DNA from: Candidatus Bathyarchaeia archaeon
GTDB lineage: Archaea; Thermoproteota; Bathyarchaeia; Bathyarchaeales; Bathycorpusculaceae
Assembly: GCA_038883855.1 (NCBI GenBank)
Contig: JAVZLH010000002.1
Coordinates: forward strand, 1-64,000
Length of the DNA: 64,000 nt
Reading direction: 5' to 3'
The position numbers and the translations under genes were made by a program. How positions within the stretch are numbered: position 1 is the first letter of the stretch; every line of letters begins with the position of its first letter. The notes beneath the pieces are model-generated. The model ran no database searches and was not told where the DNA came from. It saw nothing but the letters and a program-made list of their open reading frames with translations. Below are positions 31,878 through 41,729 of this stretch, piece by piece.

Positions 31878-32556
31878 CAGGGCAAACAGCGCATCTTCTT
31901 TTTCTGCAAAAATCTTTTCCAATTCTAAGGAGAGCTGTTTCAAAATTCGCAAAAGATTTTCCTTCAATCTTATTTTTTAGCCAGAAGCGTTTTAATTGTG
32001 TCAAAGCATCTTCGCCCGTTTCCTTTACTATTCCAAGTTTTTTGGCGGCAAGAACCACAATGTTTGTTGAAGTTGGGTCGGCTTTATCCCAGACGTCGCG
32101 CATTTCTCTTAGAAAAATGCTTACTGTTACATTGCCTATACCTTTTCCTAAATCCTTAAGCTTTTTTTCTAAATCACGCTGGTCTAAAGCTTCTTTATGG
32201 ATGCGGCAGAGGCTTCCATTATACTTTGCCATTAGATTTTGCATGACTTCTAAGAGTTTATCAGCGGTTTTAAAATCATAACGCGTGTAGCTGCCTTCAT
32301 CTAAAATTCTGACAAGCCCATCCCATCCAGTTTCGATTATTCGTTTTGGACTTAAGACGTTATACTTTTTGAAGCAGTTGTAAGTTTTAATGACCGAAGT
32401 TTCTGTTATTGGCGCTCCGAAAAGCACGGATGCCAAAAACCATTTGAAAACATCTTCATCTTTTCCTTCTGAGAGGTCTATACCTAAAACTTCTGGATAT
32501 CGGCGTCCAAACTTTTCGACCAAGCCTATTAGAGCTTCCCGTTTCACGTTCTTCAC
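31843..32556 (-). CDS. HhH-GPD/endonuclease III-related protein with a C-terminal Fe-S motif
   Basis: FKWFLASVLFG, YTRYD, KGIGNVTVSIFLRE (HhH) and CRKRRCAVCPVKAEC. Confidence 0.7.
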   Translation of the reverse strand: MKNVKREALIGLVEKFGRRYPEVLGIDLSEGKDEDVFKWFLASVLFGAPITETSVIKTYNCFKKYNVLSPKRIIETGWDGLVRILDEGSYTRYDFKTADKLLEVMQNLMAKYNGSLCRIHKEALDQRDLEKKLKDLGKGIGNVTVSIFLREMRDVWDKADPTSTNIVVLAAKKLGIVKETGEDALTQLKRFWLKNKIEGKSFANFETALLRIGKDFCRKRRCAVCPVKAECLILEVH

Positions 32557-32614
32557 TTGCCCTTAACAAAATTTTATACTGCCAACTGCATAAACGGTTT
32601 ACTGGTTAGGCATA

Positions 32615-33643
32615 ATGCAAGCACGGACGATAGAGTGGCGAAATGGAAAAGTCGTAACAATAGACCAGACGAGGCTTCCGCATGAAACCGTTTTCTTAGA
32701 ACTAAAAACATGCGAAGCGGTTGCTAAAGCCATAAAAACCATGAAAATAAGGGGTGCCCCTCTGCTGGGCGCTGCCGCAGCCTTCGCGTTGGCTTTAACT
32801 GCTTACAATTCAAAAGCAAAAACAAAGGGTAAACTAATAAAGGAAATGGAGAAAGCAGCGGAAACTCTTAAGGGGACGCGCCCAACGGCCTTTAACCTCT
32901 TTTGGGCTATAGACAGAATTCTTGAAAAAGCAAAAGTTTTTGATGGAAATGTTGAGAATTTGGCGGCTTTTGTTGTCCGAGAAGCGCAAAAAATAGCTGA
33001 TGAAGATGTTGAAGCGAATCGTTCCATTGGTAAGTATGGTGCCAACCTCATAGCGGACGGTGATGTAATCTTAACACATTGCAATGCTGGAGCCTTAGCA
33101 ACCGTTGGTTATGGCACAGCTTTAGGTATAATAAGAGCTGCATGGGAAGATGGAAAACGCATAAGGGTTATAGCCACCGAAACCCGCCCAAAACTGCAGG
33201 GAGCTAGACTCACAACATACGAGCTTAAGAGGGACGGCATACCAGTAACTTTGATAACCGACAACATGGTTGGCTATGTGATGCGAAAGAAGCTGGTTAA
33301 CAAGGTTGTGGTTGGCGCTGACAGGATAGTTAAGGATGCTGTCATCAACAAGATTGGGACATTCACCATTGCGGTTTTAGCCAAAGAACACAACATACCC
33401 TTTTATGTTGCCGCTCCAAAATCCACCTTCAACTTAACACAGAAATCTGCAGACGTGGTCATTGAAGAAAGAAGCCCTGAAGAGGTTCTATATATCGGTT
33501 CGCAGCGGATTGCTGTTGAAGGTATAGATGTTCTCAACCCTGCCTTTGATGTAACTCCTCTGGAATATGTGACAGCTATTATCTGCGAAAGCGGAATCTT
33601 ATATAAGCAGGACTTTGACAAGTTTAGAGCCGACTGTAAGTGA
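32615..33643 (+). CDS. mtnA: S-methyl-5-thioribose-1-phosphate isomerase (eIF2B-like family)
   Basis: DQTRLP, IRGAP, RPTAFNL, THCNAGALAT, ETRP.LQGARLT and NPAFDVTP. Confidence 0.88.
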   Translation: MQARTIEWRNGKVVTIDQTRLPHETVFLELKTCEAVAKAIKTMKIRGAPLLGAAAAFALALTAYNSKAKTKGKLIKEMEKAAETLKGTRPTAFNLFWAIDRILEKAKVFDGNVENLAAFVVREAQKIADEDVEANRSIGKYGANLIADGDVILTHCNAGALATVGYGTALGIIRAAWEDGKRIRVIATETRPKLQGARLTTYELKRDGIPVTLITDNMVGYVMRKKLVNKVVVGADRIVKDAVINKIGTFTIAVLAKEHNIPFYVAAPKSTFNLTQKSADVVIEERSPEEVLYIGSQRIAVEGIDVLNPAFDVTPLEYVTAIICESGILYKQDFDKFRADCK

Positions 33644-33670
33644 AGAAACTTACACCTTTGGTGGCGTTAC

Positions 33671-34228
33671 ATGAATAAAAATGAGGCGGAAAAGCAAATT
33701 CGGCAAGAAGTTAAGATTAGAGGCGTTATTGCGGGAAAGGGTGTTAGAATTTCCGAGAAGGATGCTATAAAAGAACTTTCTTCCAGGGGCTATGGTACGG
33801 AAGAAAACAATGACCTTTTACTCACATTCTATGAGGCGCTTTACCTAATGGATAAAGGAATACTAGAGGTTGAAGATGAAAAAGAAGGAAACGTGGATTT
33901 CCGAAATCTTCTGCAACACTATGAGAGTATAGATGAAAATGCTTGGGCTAAATACCTAGTTTATCGCGACCTAAGAAATCGTGGATACGTTGTCAGAGAA
34001 GGCTTTGGCTTAGGCGTGGACTTCAGAGTTTATGAAAGGGGTGAGTACGGCAAAGACGCTGCCAAATATCTAATTTTAAGTGTTCAAGAAGGAAAACCAA
34101 TTTCATTAGAAGACTTAACAAACACTCTAAAGAACTGCCAAAGCCTGAAAAAAGAGCTTATTTTAGCTGTAATGAACCGCAGAGGAGAAACTGTTTACTA
34201 TTCGGTTTCACAGTTGACATTAAAGTAA
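33671..34228 (+). CDS. endA: tRNA-splicing endonuclease subunit, probably the structural (non-catalytic) one
   Basis: LTFYEALYL, YLVYRDLRNRGYVV and DFRVYERG. The catalytic His position reads KDAAKY. Confidence 0.85.
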   Translation: MNKNEAEKQIRQEVKIRGVIAGKGVRISEKDAIKELSSRGYGTEENNDLLLTFYEALYLMDKGILEVEDEKEGNVDFRNLLQHYESIDENAWAKYLVYRDLRNRGYVVREGFGLGVDFRVYERGEYGKDAAKYLILSVQEGKPISLEDLTNTLKNCQSLKKELILAVMNRRGETVYYSVSQLTLK

Positions 34229-34229
34229 T

Positions 34230-35537
34230 GTGGGAGAACGGATGAAAGCCTTTAAGCCAGTTCGTGGAATGCGAGATTTCCTAGCAGAAGAAGCGGGATT
34301 AATGCGTTTCATCGAGGAAAAAGCGAGAAAAATAGCCAAAATTTACGGTTATAAAGAAGTTATAACACCGGTTGTCGAATCCTACGAGCTTTTAGCAGCG
34401 AAAATCGGTGAGGAAATGCGGTCGCGAATGTTTGTGTTCAAAGACCTCGGTGGGAGAGATATCGCTTTACGACCTGAGTTTACAGCATCTGTTGCAAGGC
34501 TTATTGCAACAACTCTGAGGACAGAACCCAGGCCGCTTAGAACGTTTTCGTTTGGAAGCGTCTACCGCTACGATGAGCCGCAGAAAGGTCGATACAGAGA
34601 GTTTTGGCAATCAAATTATGAGTTAATGGGCTCAAACACGCCCGAAGCAGATGTTGAAATTTTAATGTTAACCAACAGCTTAATGGAGTCTGTTGGACTG
34701 AAAGATTATGTCTTCAAAATAGGGCATATTGGAGTTTTGAGGGGAATATTTAACCAAGAAGGCCTGGAAGAGAGAACTCAAAACGCTGTTATGCAATTGC
34801 TGGACAAGAAGCAGTACGAGGAAGCGCTTAAAATTGTGGAAGATGCTGGTGTATCGAAAGGCTGTCTAAATATAATGCAAGAACTTGTGAAGCTTAAAGG
34901 CAGAGAAGTTTTTGTCATAGCAGAAAATTTGAGAAAACTTGTAGATGGATACGAAGAAGCCGTTAAAGCCGTAGAAAACTTCTATGAAATTTTAAAGCTC
35001 ATCCAAGAAAGCGAATGTAAAATGGATATTATTGTTGACGCTGGGTTTGCACGGGGACTTGAATACTATACGGGGATCATTTTTGAGGTGTACGTGCCAG
35101 AGTTTGACATAGCCCTAGGCGGAGGCGGAAGATACGACCACCTTGTCGAATTGTTTGGAGGAGAACCAACGCCTGCTGTGGGTGTCGCCCACGGAATAGA
35201 TAGGATAATGTTAGCCATGCAAATGCAAAAAGTCATTGTCGAAAAGACAGAGAGAACCATCATGGTAATACCGGTGGAAAGCAGCTTGAAAGGCGAAGCC
35301 TTGCAGATTGCGCAGATGCTCAGAGCTGCTGATATACCCGTGGAAGTTGAGGTCATGGGGCGTAAGGTGACCAAAGCTTTGGAAGACGCTGATAGAAGAA
35401 AAATGGAGTATGCAATAATAGTTGGAGGAAAAGAGCTAAAGGAAGGGGCGGTTGTTCTTAGGAACTTGAAAAGAAGGGAGCAGAAAACTGTGAAGCTTGA
35501 AGAAATAGTAAAGGAGTTAAAAGGGCATGGCGACTAG
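34230..35537 (+). CDS. hisS: Histidine-tRNA ligase
   Basis: RGMRD, LRPEFTA, YRYDEPQKGRYREF, RGLEYYTG and GGGRYD. Confidence 0.97.
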   Translation: MGERMKAFKPVRGMRDFLAEEAGLMRFIEEKARKIAKIYGYKEVITPVVESYELLAAKIGEEMRSRMFVFKDLGGRDIALRPEFTASVARLIATTLRTEPRPLRTFSFGSVYRYDEPQKGRYREFWQSNYELMGSNTPEADVEILMLTNSLMESVGLKDYVFKIGHIGVLRGIFNQEGLEERTQNAVMQLLDKKQYEEALKIVEDAGVSKGCLNIMQELVKLKGREVFVIAENLRKLVDGYEEAVKAVENFYEILKLIQESECKMDIIVDAGFARGLEYYTGIIFEVYVPEFDIALGGGGRYDHLVELFGGEPTPAVGVAHGIDRIMLAMQMQKVIVEKTERTIMVIPVESSLKGEALQIAQMLRAADIPVEVEVMGRKVTKALEDADRRKMEYAIIVGGKELKEGAVVLRNLKRREQKTVKLEEIVKELKGHGD

Positions 35538-36016
35538 GACTCTCGCTTTTCTCTTCTCAAAAAGTCTCCTATGTCAAAAATGTTTTTAACATAAACTCCT
35601 CTTCCCTCCTCGTCGAGGTTCCGTGCGATTTCGCCGAATCCCAGACATTCTCCTCGCATATTCAGCACTAAGGTGAAGTCTCCCTTTCTTTTCGAACCAT
35701 CCGCCCTAATTATTCCTTGTCTAAAAATGTCTCTCCCACATATGAAAAGCCACTCGGTTTTCCCATCAACAACTATTTTGTTTGCCGCCCTTTCCGCAAT
35801 CATCTTCAACAAACTTATGCTTGGAAAGAAGCCCTCATTTCTAACTTCTCCAAGATAAATTCCAGCATGTAAGAAGCCTCCTCTAACAAAATTTTTCAAT
35901 TCCTCATTTAAGAGGAAGCATCTTTTTCCCTTTTTCACAATCAAATTTTCGTCAAGGCTCAGTTCCGCATCAAACCGCTTCACAAAATCCATTATGGACT
36001 TTATCATTCCAATCAT
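35534..36016 (-). CDS. NIP7-like PUA-domain ribosome biogenesis protein
   Basis: AGIYLG, FFPS, EWLFICGRDIF, ECLGFG and DIGDFLRRE. Coupled to the Nop2-like gene. Confidence 0.85.
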   Translation of the reverse strand: MIGMIKSIMDFVKRFDAELSLDENLIVKKGKRCFLLNEELKNFVRGGFLHAGIYLGEVRNEGFFPSISLLKMIAERAANKIVVDGKTEWLFICGRDIFRQGIIRADGSKRKGDFTLVLNMRGECLGFGEIARNLDEEGRGVYVKNIFDIGDFLRREKRES

Positions 36017-36936
36017 ACTCCCTTTTTAAGTTTACAAACAAAAAATCCCTGAGTTTGACCCGGCCATATTCTCCTGCAGTTTTCCACGGAACTGTCCAGT
36101 TGTTTTCCGAAAATTTTAGTGGGAGCTTTTTCTCCGTAGCAGCTAATTTTTTCGGTTTTGAGGTTTAAGTTCCTTACTGCCCACTCTATGTTGAATTCGT
36201 TTTCTTCTGGTTCCAGGGAACATGTTGCATATACTATTTCGCCGTTGTCTTTTAGGACTTTAACCGCCTCCATCAATATTTCTCTTTGAAGCGCCGCATT
36301 CCTTTCAACATCCCTAATTGTTCTTCTATTGAACCATCCATCATCTGTCGCGAAGTTTCCTGAACACGGGACATCAAGAAGAATTCTGTCAAACTTGATT
36401 TTAAGCTGCGAAACTTTTCGAGCATCCAAACAGTAAACCACAGTGTTTTTGACGCTGCATCGCTCAAGCTGATTTGACAAGGCTTTTAACCTTTCCCTTT
36501 TAACGTCTAAGGCAACTATTACCCCGGTATTCCCCATCAAATCAGCCAACTGGACGGTTTTTCCTCCAGGCGCTGCGCATGCATCCAACACAATTTTACC
36601 TTTCAAATCCGAGAATAGTGTTGCTGGAATTTGGGCAGCTGCCTCCTGAATTGAATACAAGCCCAAAAGATATTCGGTTGTCGACCCTACGGAAAATTTT
36701 GATTCACAAACCCAGTAGGCATTGTTTAAGAAGGGGATTTTTTCAAGCACAACTCCTAAAGACTTCAGCCTGTCTATGACATCTTCTTCACGGGCATTCA
36801 TGGAATTTATCCTTATGGCTTGTCTTGGCTTAACATCCCTAAATTCCCAACCCAACTCAACGTAGCGCCTTAAGAAAAATTTCTTATTTGACATCAACTT
36901 TAAGTCCGCTTTTTCGTCATAAAAACTTGGCGCCAT
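36013..36936 (-). CDS. RsmB/NOP2 family RNA m5C methyltransferase
   Basis: IQEAAA, DACAAPGGKT, DVPCSG, YATCS and GFFVCKL. Confidence 0.93.
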   Translation of the reverse strand: MAPSFYDEKADLKLMSNKKFFLRRYVELGWEFRDVKPRQAIRINSMNAREEDVIDRLKSLGVVLEKIPFLNNAYWVCESKFSVGSTTEYLLGLYSIQEAAAQIPATLFSDLKGKIVLDACAAPGGKTVQLADLMGNTGVIVALDVKRERLKALSNQLERCSVKNTVVYCLDARKVSQLKIKFDRILLDVPCSGNFATDDGWFNRRTIRDVERNAALQREILMEAVKVLKDNGEIVYATCSLEPEENEFNIEWAVRNLNLKTEKISCYGEKAPTKIFGKQLDSSVENCRRIWPGQTQGFFVCKLKKGV

Positions 36937-37103
36937 TACGAAGTTGACCGCGGCAACAAAAAGTTAATAGGTCGCCATTTTTACATCCATGTAGCCTACA
37001 TTTAAAGAGCGAAGCTGAAAATGTTTAAACAACTTGAGGGTGAAGCTTTCAGAAAGGCGGCAATCAACAACGAGCCTTTTGTTAGTCGGGGGTCTGCTTA
37101 ATT

Positions 37104-39323
37104 ATGGGACGTTATAGGCAAATTGAAGAAATAATCAAACTGATGAATAATCCTGAAGTTATAAGAAACACGAGCATCATAGCCCATGTAGACCATGGAA
37201 AAACAACCCTCTCCGACAGCCTGCTGGCTGCCGCTGGAATAATCAGCGAGCAGGTTGCAGGACAAAAACTCTTTCTAGACTCTTGGGAGCTTGAGCAGAA
37301 AAGGCAGATGACAGTATTCGCCTCAAACATAAGCCTAGCCCACGTATACAAGGGAAAAGAATACCTCATAAACCTCATAGACACACCAGGTCACATAGAC
37401 TTCAGCGGAGCAGTTACAAGAAGCCTACGCGCCGTTGACGGCGCACTAGTGGTTGTAGACGCTGTGGAAGGTCCCATGACCCAGACAGAAACTGTCTTAA
37501 TGCAGGCACTTCGTGAAAGAGTCAAGCCAATCCTTTACATAAACAAGGTTGACAGGCTCATAAAGGAGCTGAAGCTTACTCCAGAGGAGGTCCAGCGAAA
37601 ATTCGCGAAAATCATAGTTAGGATAAACACTCTCATAGAGAAATATGCTCCGCCGGAGCACAAGAAGGATTGGCAGGTGAAGGTTGAGGATGGGCGTGTG
37701 GCTTTCGGTTCAGCTCTTCACAAGTGGGGATTAAACCTGCCCTACATGAAAGCAAAGGGCATAACCTTCAAAGACATCGTCGACGCCTACACGGGAGAAC
37801 CGGAAGAAGTTGCAAAGAAAGTTGATGCCTTAAGCAAAAAGGCTCCGTTACATGAACCAATACTTGACATGTTTTGCGAACATTTGCCTAATCCGCTGGA
37901 AGCACAACCATATAGACAGAGCCAAATCTGGCCCGGAGACCCGAACACGCCTGTTGGAAAGGCCATGGCTAAAGTTGACCCTAATGGGCCTCTTCTTATG
38001 TGTGTGACGACGATAGAGGTTGATCCGCACAGCGGAGTTGTTGCTATTGGCAGAGTTTTCAGCGGCACCGTTGAAAAAGGGAAAACCGTTTACCTGGTGG
38101 GTAGCCGACAGAAAGGCACTATTCAGCAAGTTTACATGAGTATGGCAGCAGACAGGGTGATTGTGGACAAGGTTCCCGCCGGAAACATAGCGGCACTTTC
38201 CGGTTTACCCTCAATTCATGTAGGCGAGACAATAGCCGAAGAAGGTGTGGAAACACAGCCTTTTGAAGGCTTAAAGTATGTGTCTGACCCTGTGGTTACG
38301 GTGGCAGTTGAGCCTGAAGACGTGAAAGATTTGCCGCTTTTCGACAAAGTAATACATAAGCTCACTCTTGAAGACCCGAACTTGCACTTCAAAATAAACA
38401 AGGAAAGCGGAGAGTTTCTCTTAAGCGGCATGGGTGAACTTCACTTAGAGGTTACTGCCTACCGAATGCAAGAGGCTGGATTAAAAGTTAAGATTAGCAA
38501 GCCAATCGTGATTTACCGCGAAACCATCAGCCGCGACTATAAAGGTCCGCCCATAATGGGCAAAAGCCCCAACAAGCACAACAGACTTTGGGTTACATTG
38601 GAAAAACTTTCTGACGAGGTTATAGAGGCAATAAAGGCTGGAAAGATTTCGGAGATGCAAACTCGTGACGAAAGGCAGAAAATCCTTACGAAGCAGTTTG
38701 GTTGGTCAACGGAAGACGCGCGTAATGTGATAGCAATTGAAGACACTAACATCCTTGTTAACAGGATAAAGGGAAGGCAGTATGTTGAAGAAGTGTTAGA
38801 CCATATTAAGTCTGGTTTCCGCGAAGCTGTACATGCATGTGTTTTGGCAAAAGAGCCAGCTTACGGGTTGAAAGTGAACCTTGAAGACATATTGATTCAT
38901 GAAGATCCAGTGCATAGGGGTCCAGCCCAAATTCTTCCCATGACTTGGCGTCCAATATGGTGCTGTTTTCTCTTGAGTGACCCTAAACTTTTGGAGCCTA
39001 TTCTAAACTTTGATTGTAAAGTGCCGAACGAGTTTGTGAGCTCAGTCATATCGATAGTTCAGAAGCGCAGAGGCAAAATTTTGGACATGGTGAACGAGGA
39101 GGACATGGTTATAGTCAAGGCTGAAATGCCAGTTGCCGAATCCTTTGGGCTAGCGGATGAGCTACGGTCTTCAACGCAGGGCAGAGCCTTTTGGGCAACG
39201 CAATTCAGTCGATGGGCGCCTGTCCCAGAGTCCATGCAGATGGATATTATAAGGCACATTCGTGAGCGTAGAGGCTTGAGTCCGACGCCGCCAAGGGTAG
39301 AAGAATTCTATGAAGAAGCGTAA
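37104..39323 (+). CDS. Elongation factor 2 family GTPase, probably the aEF-2 paralogue
   Basis: AHVDHGKTT, DTPGHIDF, NKVD, GMGELHLE, SPNKHN and HEDPVHRGPAQ. Switch I reads RQMT instead of RGIT, and no ribosomal-protein genes are adjacent. Confidence 0.9.
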   Translation: MGRYRQIEEIIKLMNNPEVIRNTSIIAHVDHGKTTLSDSLLAAAGIISEQVAGQKLFLDSWELEQKRQMTVFASNISLAHVYKGKEYLINLIDTPGHIDFSGAVTRSLRAVDGALVVVDAVEGPMTQTETVLMQALRERVKPILYINKVDRLIKELKLTPEEVQRKFAKIIVRINTLIEKYAPPEHKKDWQVKVEDGRVAFGSALHKWGLNLPYMKAKGITFKDIVDAYTGEPEEVAKKVDALSKKAPLHEPILDMFCEHLPNPLEAQPYRQSQIWPGDPNTPVGKAMAKVDPNGPLLMCVTTIEVDPHSGVVAIGRVFSGTVEKGKTVYLVGSRQKGTIQQVYMSMAADRVIVDKVPAGNIAALSGLPSIHVGETIAEEGVETQPFEGLKYVSDPVVTVAVEPEDVKDLPLFDKVIHKLTLEDPNLHFKINKESGEFLLSGMGELHLEVTAYRMQEAGLKVKISKPIVIYRETISRDYKGPPIMGKSPNKHNRLWVTLEKLSDEVIEAIKAGKISEMQTRDERQKILTKQFGWSTEDARNVIAIEDTNILVNRIKGRQYVEEVLDHIKSGFREAVHACVLAKEPAYGLKVNLEDILIHEDPVHRGPAQILPMTWRPIWCCFLLSDPKLLEPILNFDCKVPNEFVSSVISIVQKRRGKILDMVNEEDMVIVKAEMPVAESFGLADELRSSTQGRAFWATQFSRWAPVPESMQMDIIRHIRERRGLSPTPPRVEEFYEEA

Positions 39324-39399
39324 CTAAGACTAATCCCTACTTTTATTACTATTAACCGGAAAAGGTTAAAGTTACAGATGTATCTGTTTTTAGGCAAGG

Positions 39400-39693
39400 T
39401 TGGTGCTGGTTATGTTTAATCCTATGAGTATGTTGGCTTTAGTTGTCGTGCTTGTTGTTGGAATAGCATCGGGTTTCGCATTTCGCAACAGAAAGCGCGT
39501 TAACCTCGAAAAAGTCAATTTGTTGACTATTTTAACATTGATTTTCTCCTTAGGATTTATCATAGGCTCAGACAAGGAGCTTTTGGCTTCTATGCCAAAA
39601 GTAGGCATAAACGCCTTTATCATCTCGCTGCTGGCCATTGTTTTTAGTGTTACTTTTTTGGAAATAGCCAGAAAGGTTGCGAAGATAAAATGA
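39400..39693 (+). CDS. LysO/DUF340 family small subunit
   Basis: Three TM segments with LIFSLGFIIG; overlaps the start of the next gene (ATGA-like coupling). Confidence 0.75.
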   Translation: MVLVMFNPMSMLALVVVLVVGIASGFAFRNRKRVNLEKVNLLTILTLIFSLGFIIGSDKELLASMPKVGINAFIISLLAIVFSVTFLEIARKVAKIK

Positions 39694-40313
39694 TAAAATA
39701 CATTTTAGTAGCCCTAGCCTTCGGTATTATTGCTGGCTATGTGAACAACAATTATGGACCAGCTTTTCCAAACAGTTGGGTATACGATTACCTATTCAAT
39801 TTTTCCCTCCTTCTACTATTGTTTGTGATGGGTTTCGCGTTCGGGGCGGATAAACAGACTGCAGCAAACCTTAGAAAAACTGGTTGGAAAATTTTCATCG
39901 TCCCTTTATCCATAGCCGTGGGAAGCATTCTTGGCGGTTTGGTTGGCGGATACATTTTGGGCATAAATCTTGCGGGTTCAATGGCTGTTAGCGCAGGCTT
40001 CGGATGGTACACTTTGGCTGGGCCTCTTGTAGGGCAGTTTTTTGGAGCGGAATTTGGGGCATTGAGTTTTGCAGCGAACTTCTTGAGAGAGTTGTTTACA
40101 ATTTTGGCGGTTCCTCTTTTGGTTAAGGCTGGAAAGTATGCGCCGATAGCCTCCGGAGGAGCCACGGCCATGGACACAACATTGCCCGTCATAGTGCGAT
40201 ATTGCGGTTCAGAATCCTTGATAATCGCGTTCTTAAGCGGTTTTATGCTCAGCTTAATTGCACCTTTCATAATAACTGCAATAGCATCATTGCCTAATGC
40301 GCTGGGTTTCTGA
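39690..40313 (+). CDS. LysO (DUF340) family exporter
   Basis: GFGWYTL, NFLREL and GGATAMDTTLP. Confidence 0.9.
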   Translation: MIKYILVALAFGIIAGYVNNNYGPAFPNSWVYDYLFNFSLLLLLFVMGFAFGADKQTAANLRKTGWKIFIVPLSIAVGSILGGLVGGYILGINLAGSMAVSAGFGWYTLAGPLVGQFFGAEFGALSFAANFLRELFTILAVPLLVKAGKYAPIASGGATAMDTTLPVIVRYCGSESLIIAFLSGFMLSLIAPFIITAIASLPNALGF

Positions 40314-40406
40314 TGCTAACTATTGGCGCAATCCTATTTTTGGTTTAGAAAACAGCCAATAGGAGACTACCCCCTCTAGATTTTCCACGTCTAAAAGGCT
40401 TGTTAT

Positions 40407-40504
40407 TGGTGCGGTCGCCGGGATTTGAACCCGGGATCGCAGGCTTGGAAGGCTTCCACAGCCTTTTGGCTTCTGTGTCCTAAACCAGACTAGACGACGA
40501 CCGC
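40407..40504 (-). tRNA. tRNA-Gly(UCC) with a 19-nt intron at 29/30 (40454-40472) and encoded CCA
   Basis: The minus strand reads GCGGTCG-TC-GTCT-AGTCTGGTTTA-GGAC-A-CAG[AAGCCAAAAGGCTGTGGAA]GC-CTTCCAA-GCCTG-CGATC-CCGGG-TTCAAAT-CCCGG-CGACCGC-A-CCA. Confidence 0.93.
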
Positions 40505-40572
40505 TCACCCGTTAATATTACAATTATTTTATTCTTAAAATGGTTATAGATAAAATTTCTTTTTGTTTCTTA

Positions 40573-41235
40573 TTACGGTTTCTCGTTTGGTTTGAATAGT
40601 TCCTTCTCATGTCTCGGTTTTGGCTTGAAGCTTCCGCGATATTGGGGCATGGAAGCTCTCTGGCGCTCCAAATTCTTTATTCTAGCATAAAGCTTTGAAA
40701 TTTTTGTTTTTGATGGTTTTCTAGGTTTTGGAAGTCGCGCTGGAACTGGAGTGAAGGGCTTTTTAACCTCAGCATATGAAGCTTTTTTCCGTCTCGACTC
40801 AGTTACGCTTTTGACTTTTCTGAAAACCACATAGCCCTCCTTCAAATTTACTTCTTGCGTCTCCCAACCTGCTTCCAGCCAAGCCCGCGCATGCATGTTG
40901 TTCGGCGAGTTACTCCACCATGCTTCACTTCGGTATGCGCTCATGGGAAGGTTGTCTCCTATTATTCCATCAATTTTGGCAAATGAAAGCTTAACCATAC
41001 TGGTGAACGCAGCCCTAAACTTCAAGTAACTTCCGAGCCTGTCATATTTTGAAACGGTCTTTGGCGAAACAATTTTTCGAGCGCAGTTTAGACATAACAT
41101 CCTTGTCGGGTCGCCTGTGGCAACATCTGGAACCATGCAATCAAAACAATATAGCCGTCCACACCTCTGGCATCGCCTAAGGTATCTAAGCGATAAAACT
41201 CTACCGCAAATTCCGCATTCATCCTTAAGCGGCAT
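40573..41235 (-). CDS. Hypothetical protein: 8-Cys zinc finger, a 'KY..L..YL/LSF..I/WWSN/AW..AGW' domain and a basic tail
   Basis: CGIC, CQRC-x4-CFDC and CLNC; SKYDRLGSYL...SEAWWSN...HARAWLEAGW; Lys/Pro-rich C-terminus. Confidence 0.75.
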   Translation of the reverse strand: MPLKDECGICGRVLSLRYLRRCQRCGRLYCFDCMVPDVATGDPTRMLCLNCARKIVSPKTVSKYDRLGSYLKFRAAFTSMVKLSFAKIDGIIGDNLPMSAYRSEAWWSNSPNNMHARAWLEAGWETQEVNLKEGYVVFRKVKSVTESRRKKASYAEVKKPFTPVPARLPKPRKPSKTKISKLYARIKNLERQRASMPQYRGSFKPKPRHEKELFKPNEKP

Positions 41236-41359
41236 CTAAACCACTAAGCCATAAATGCGAAATCTCAATATAAACTTCGCTGGCTTAAAACCTATTCATT
41301 ATTCGAAAGCTACAATAAAACTTATACATGACCGAAACCTTGCTCCAAATGTGAGATTA

Positions 41360-41729
41360 ATGCTTTTTTAGCGAGTACCTTCATGAAAAAGCGGAGGAAT
41401 CAAGGCACAACGAAACTGTTAGATATGTTATAACCATAGTGGGCGCCATATTCTTCGTGGGAGGACTGCTTGAAATCGTAATAACAGTTGAAAATCCGGA
41501 ATGGTTTCTGATAATTCCCTATCACATCACTCCACACCCTTACAGCTTGCTTGGCTTAACACTAATATTGCTGGGCATTGTTCTTTTATGCGCAGGCATG
41601 CTTATTAGCGTCCACTACGCGCGTGAACGAGGATGGTACATGAAGGAGTTGCATAAAGCTCACGCAACTGAAGAGAAAAAATTGAGAACGTCGAGGATTA
41701 GAGAAACCCAACAAAAGTCTACGGATTAA
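41360..41729 (+). CDS. Two-TM membrane protein; N-terminus offset by a one-base frameshift in a T6 run
   Basis: ATG 41360 (ML), then after the T run FSEYLHEKAEESRHNETVRYVITIVGAIFFVGG, in frame with ORF 41439-41729. Confidence 0.65.
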
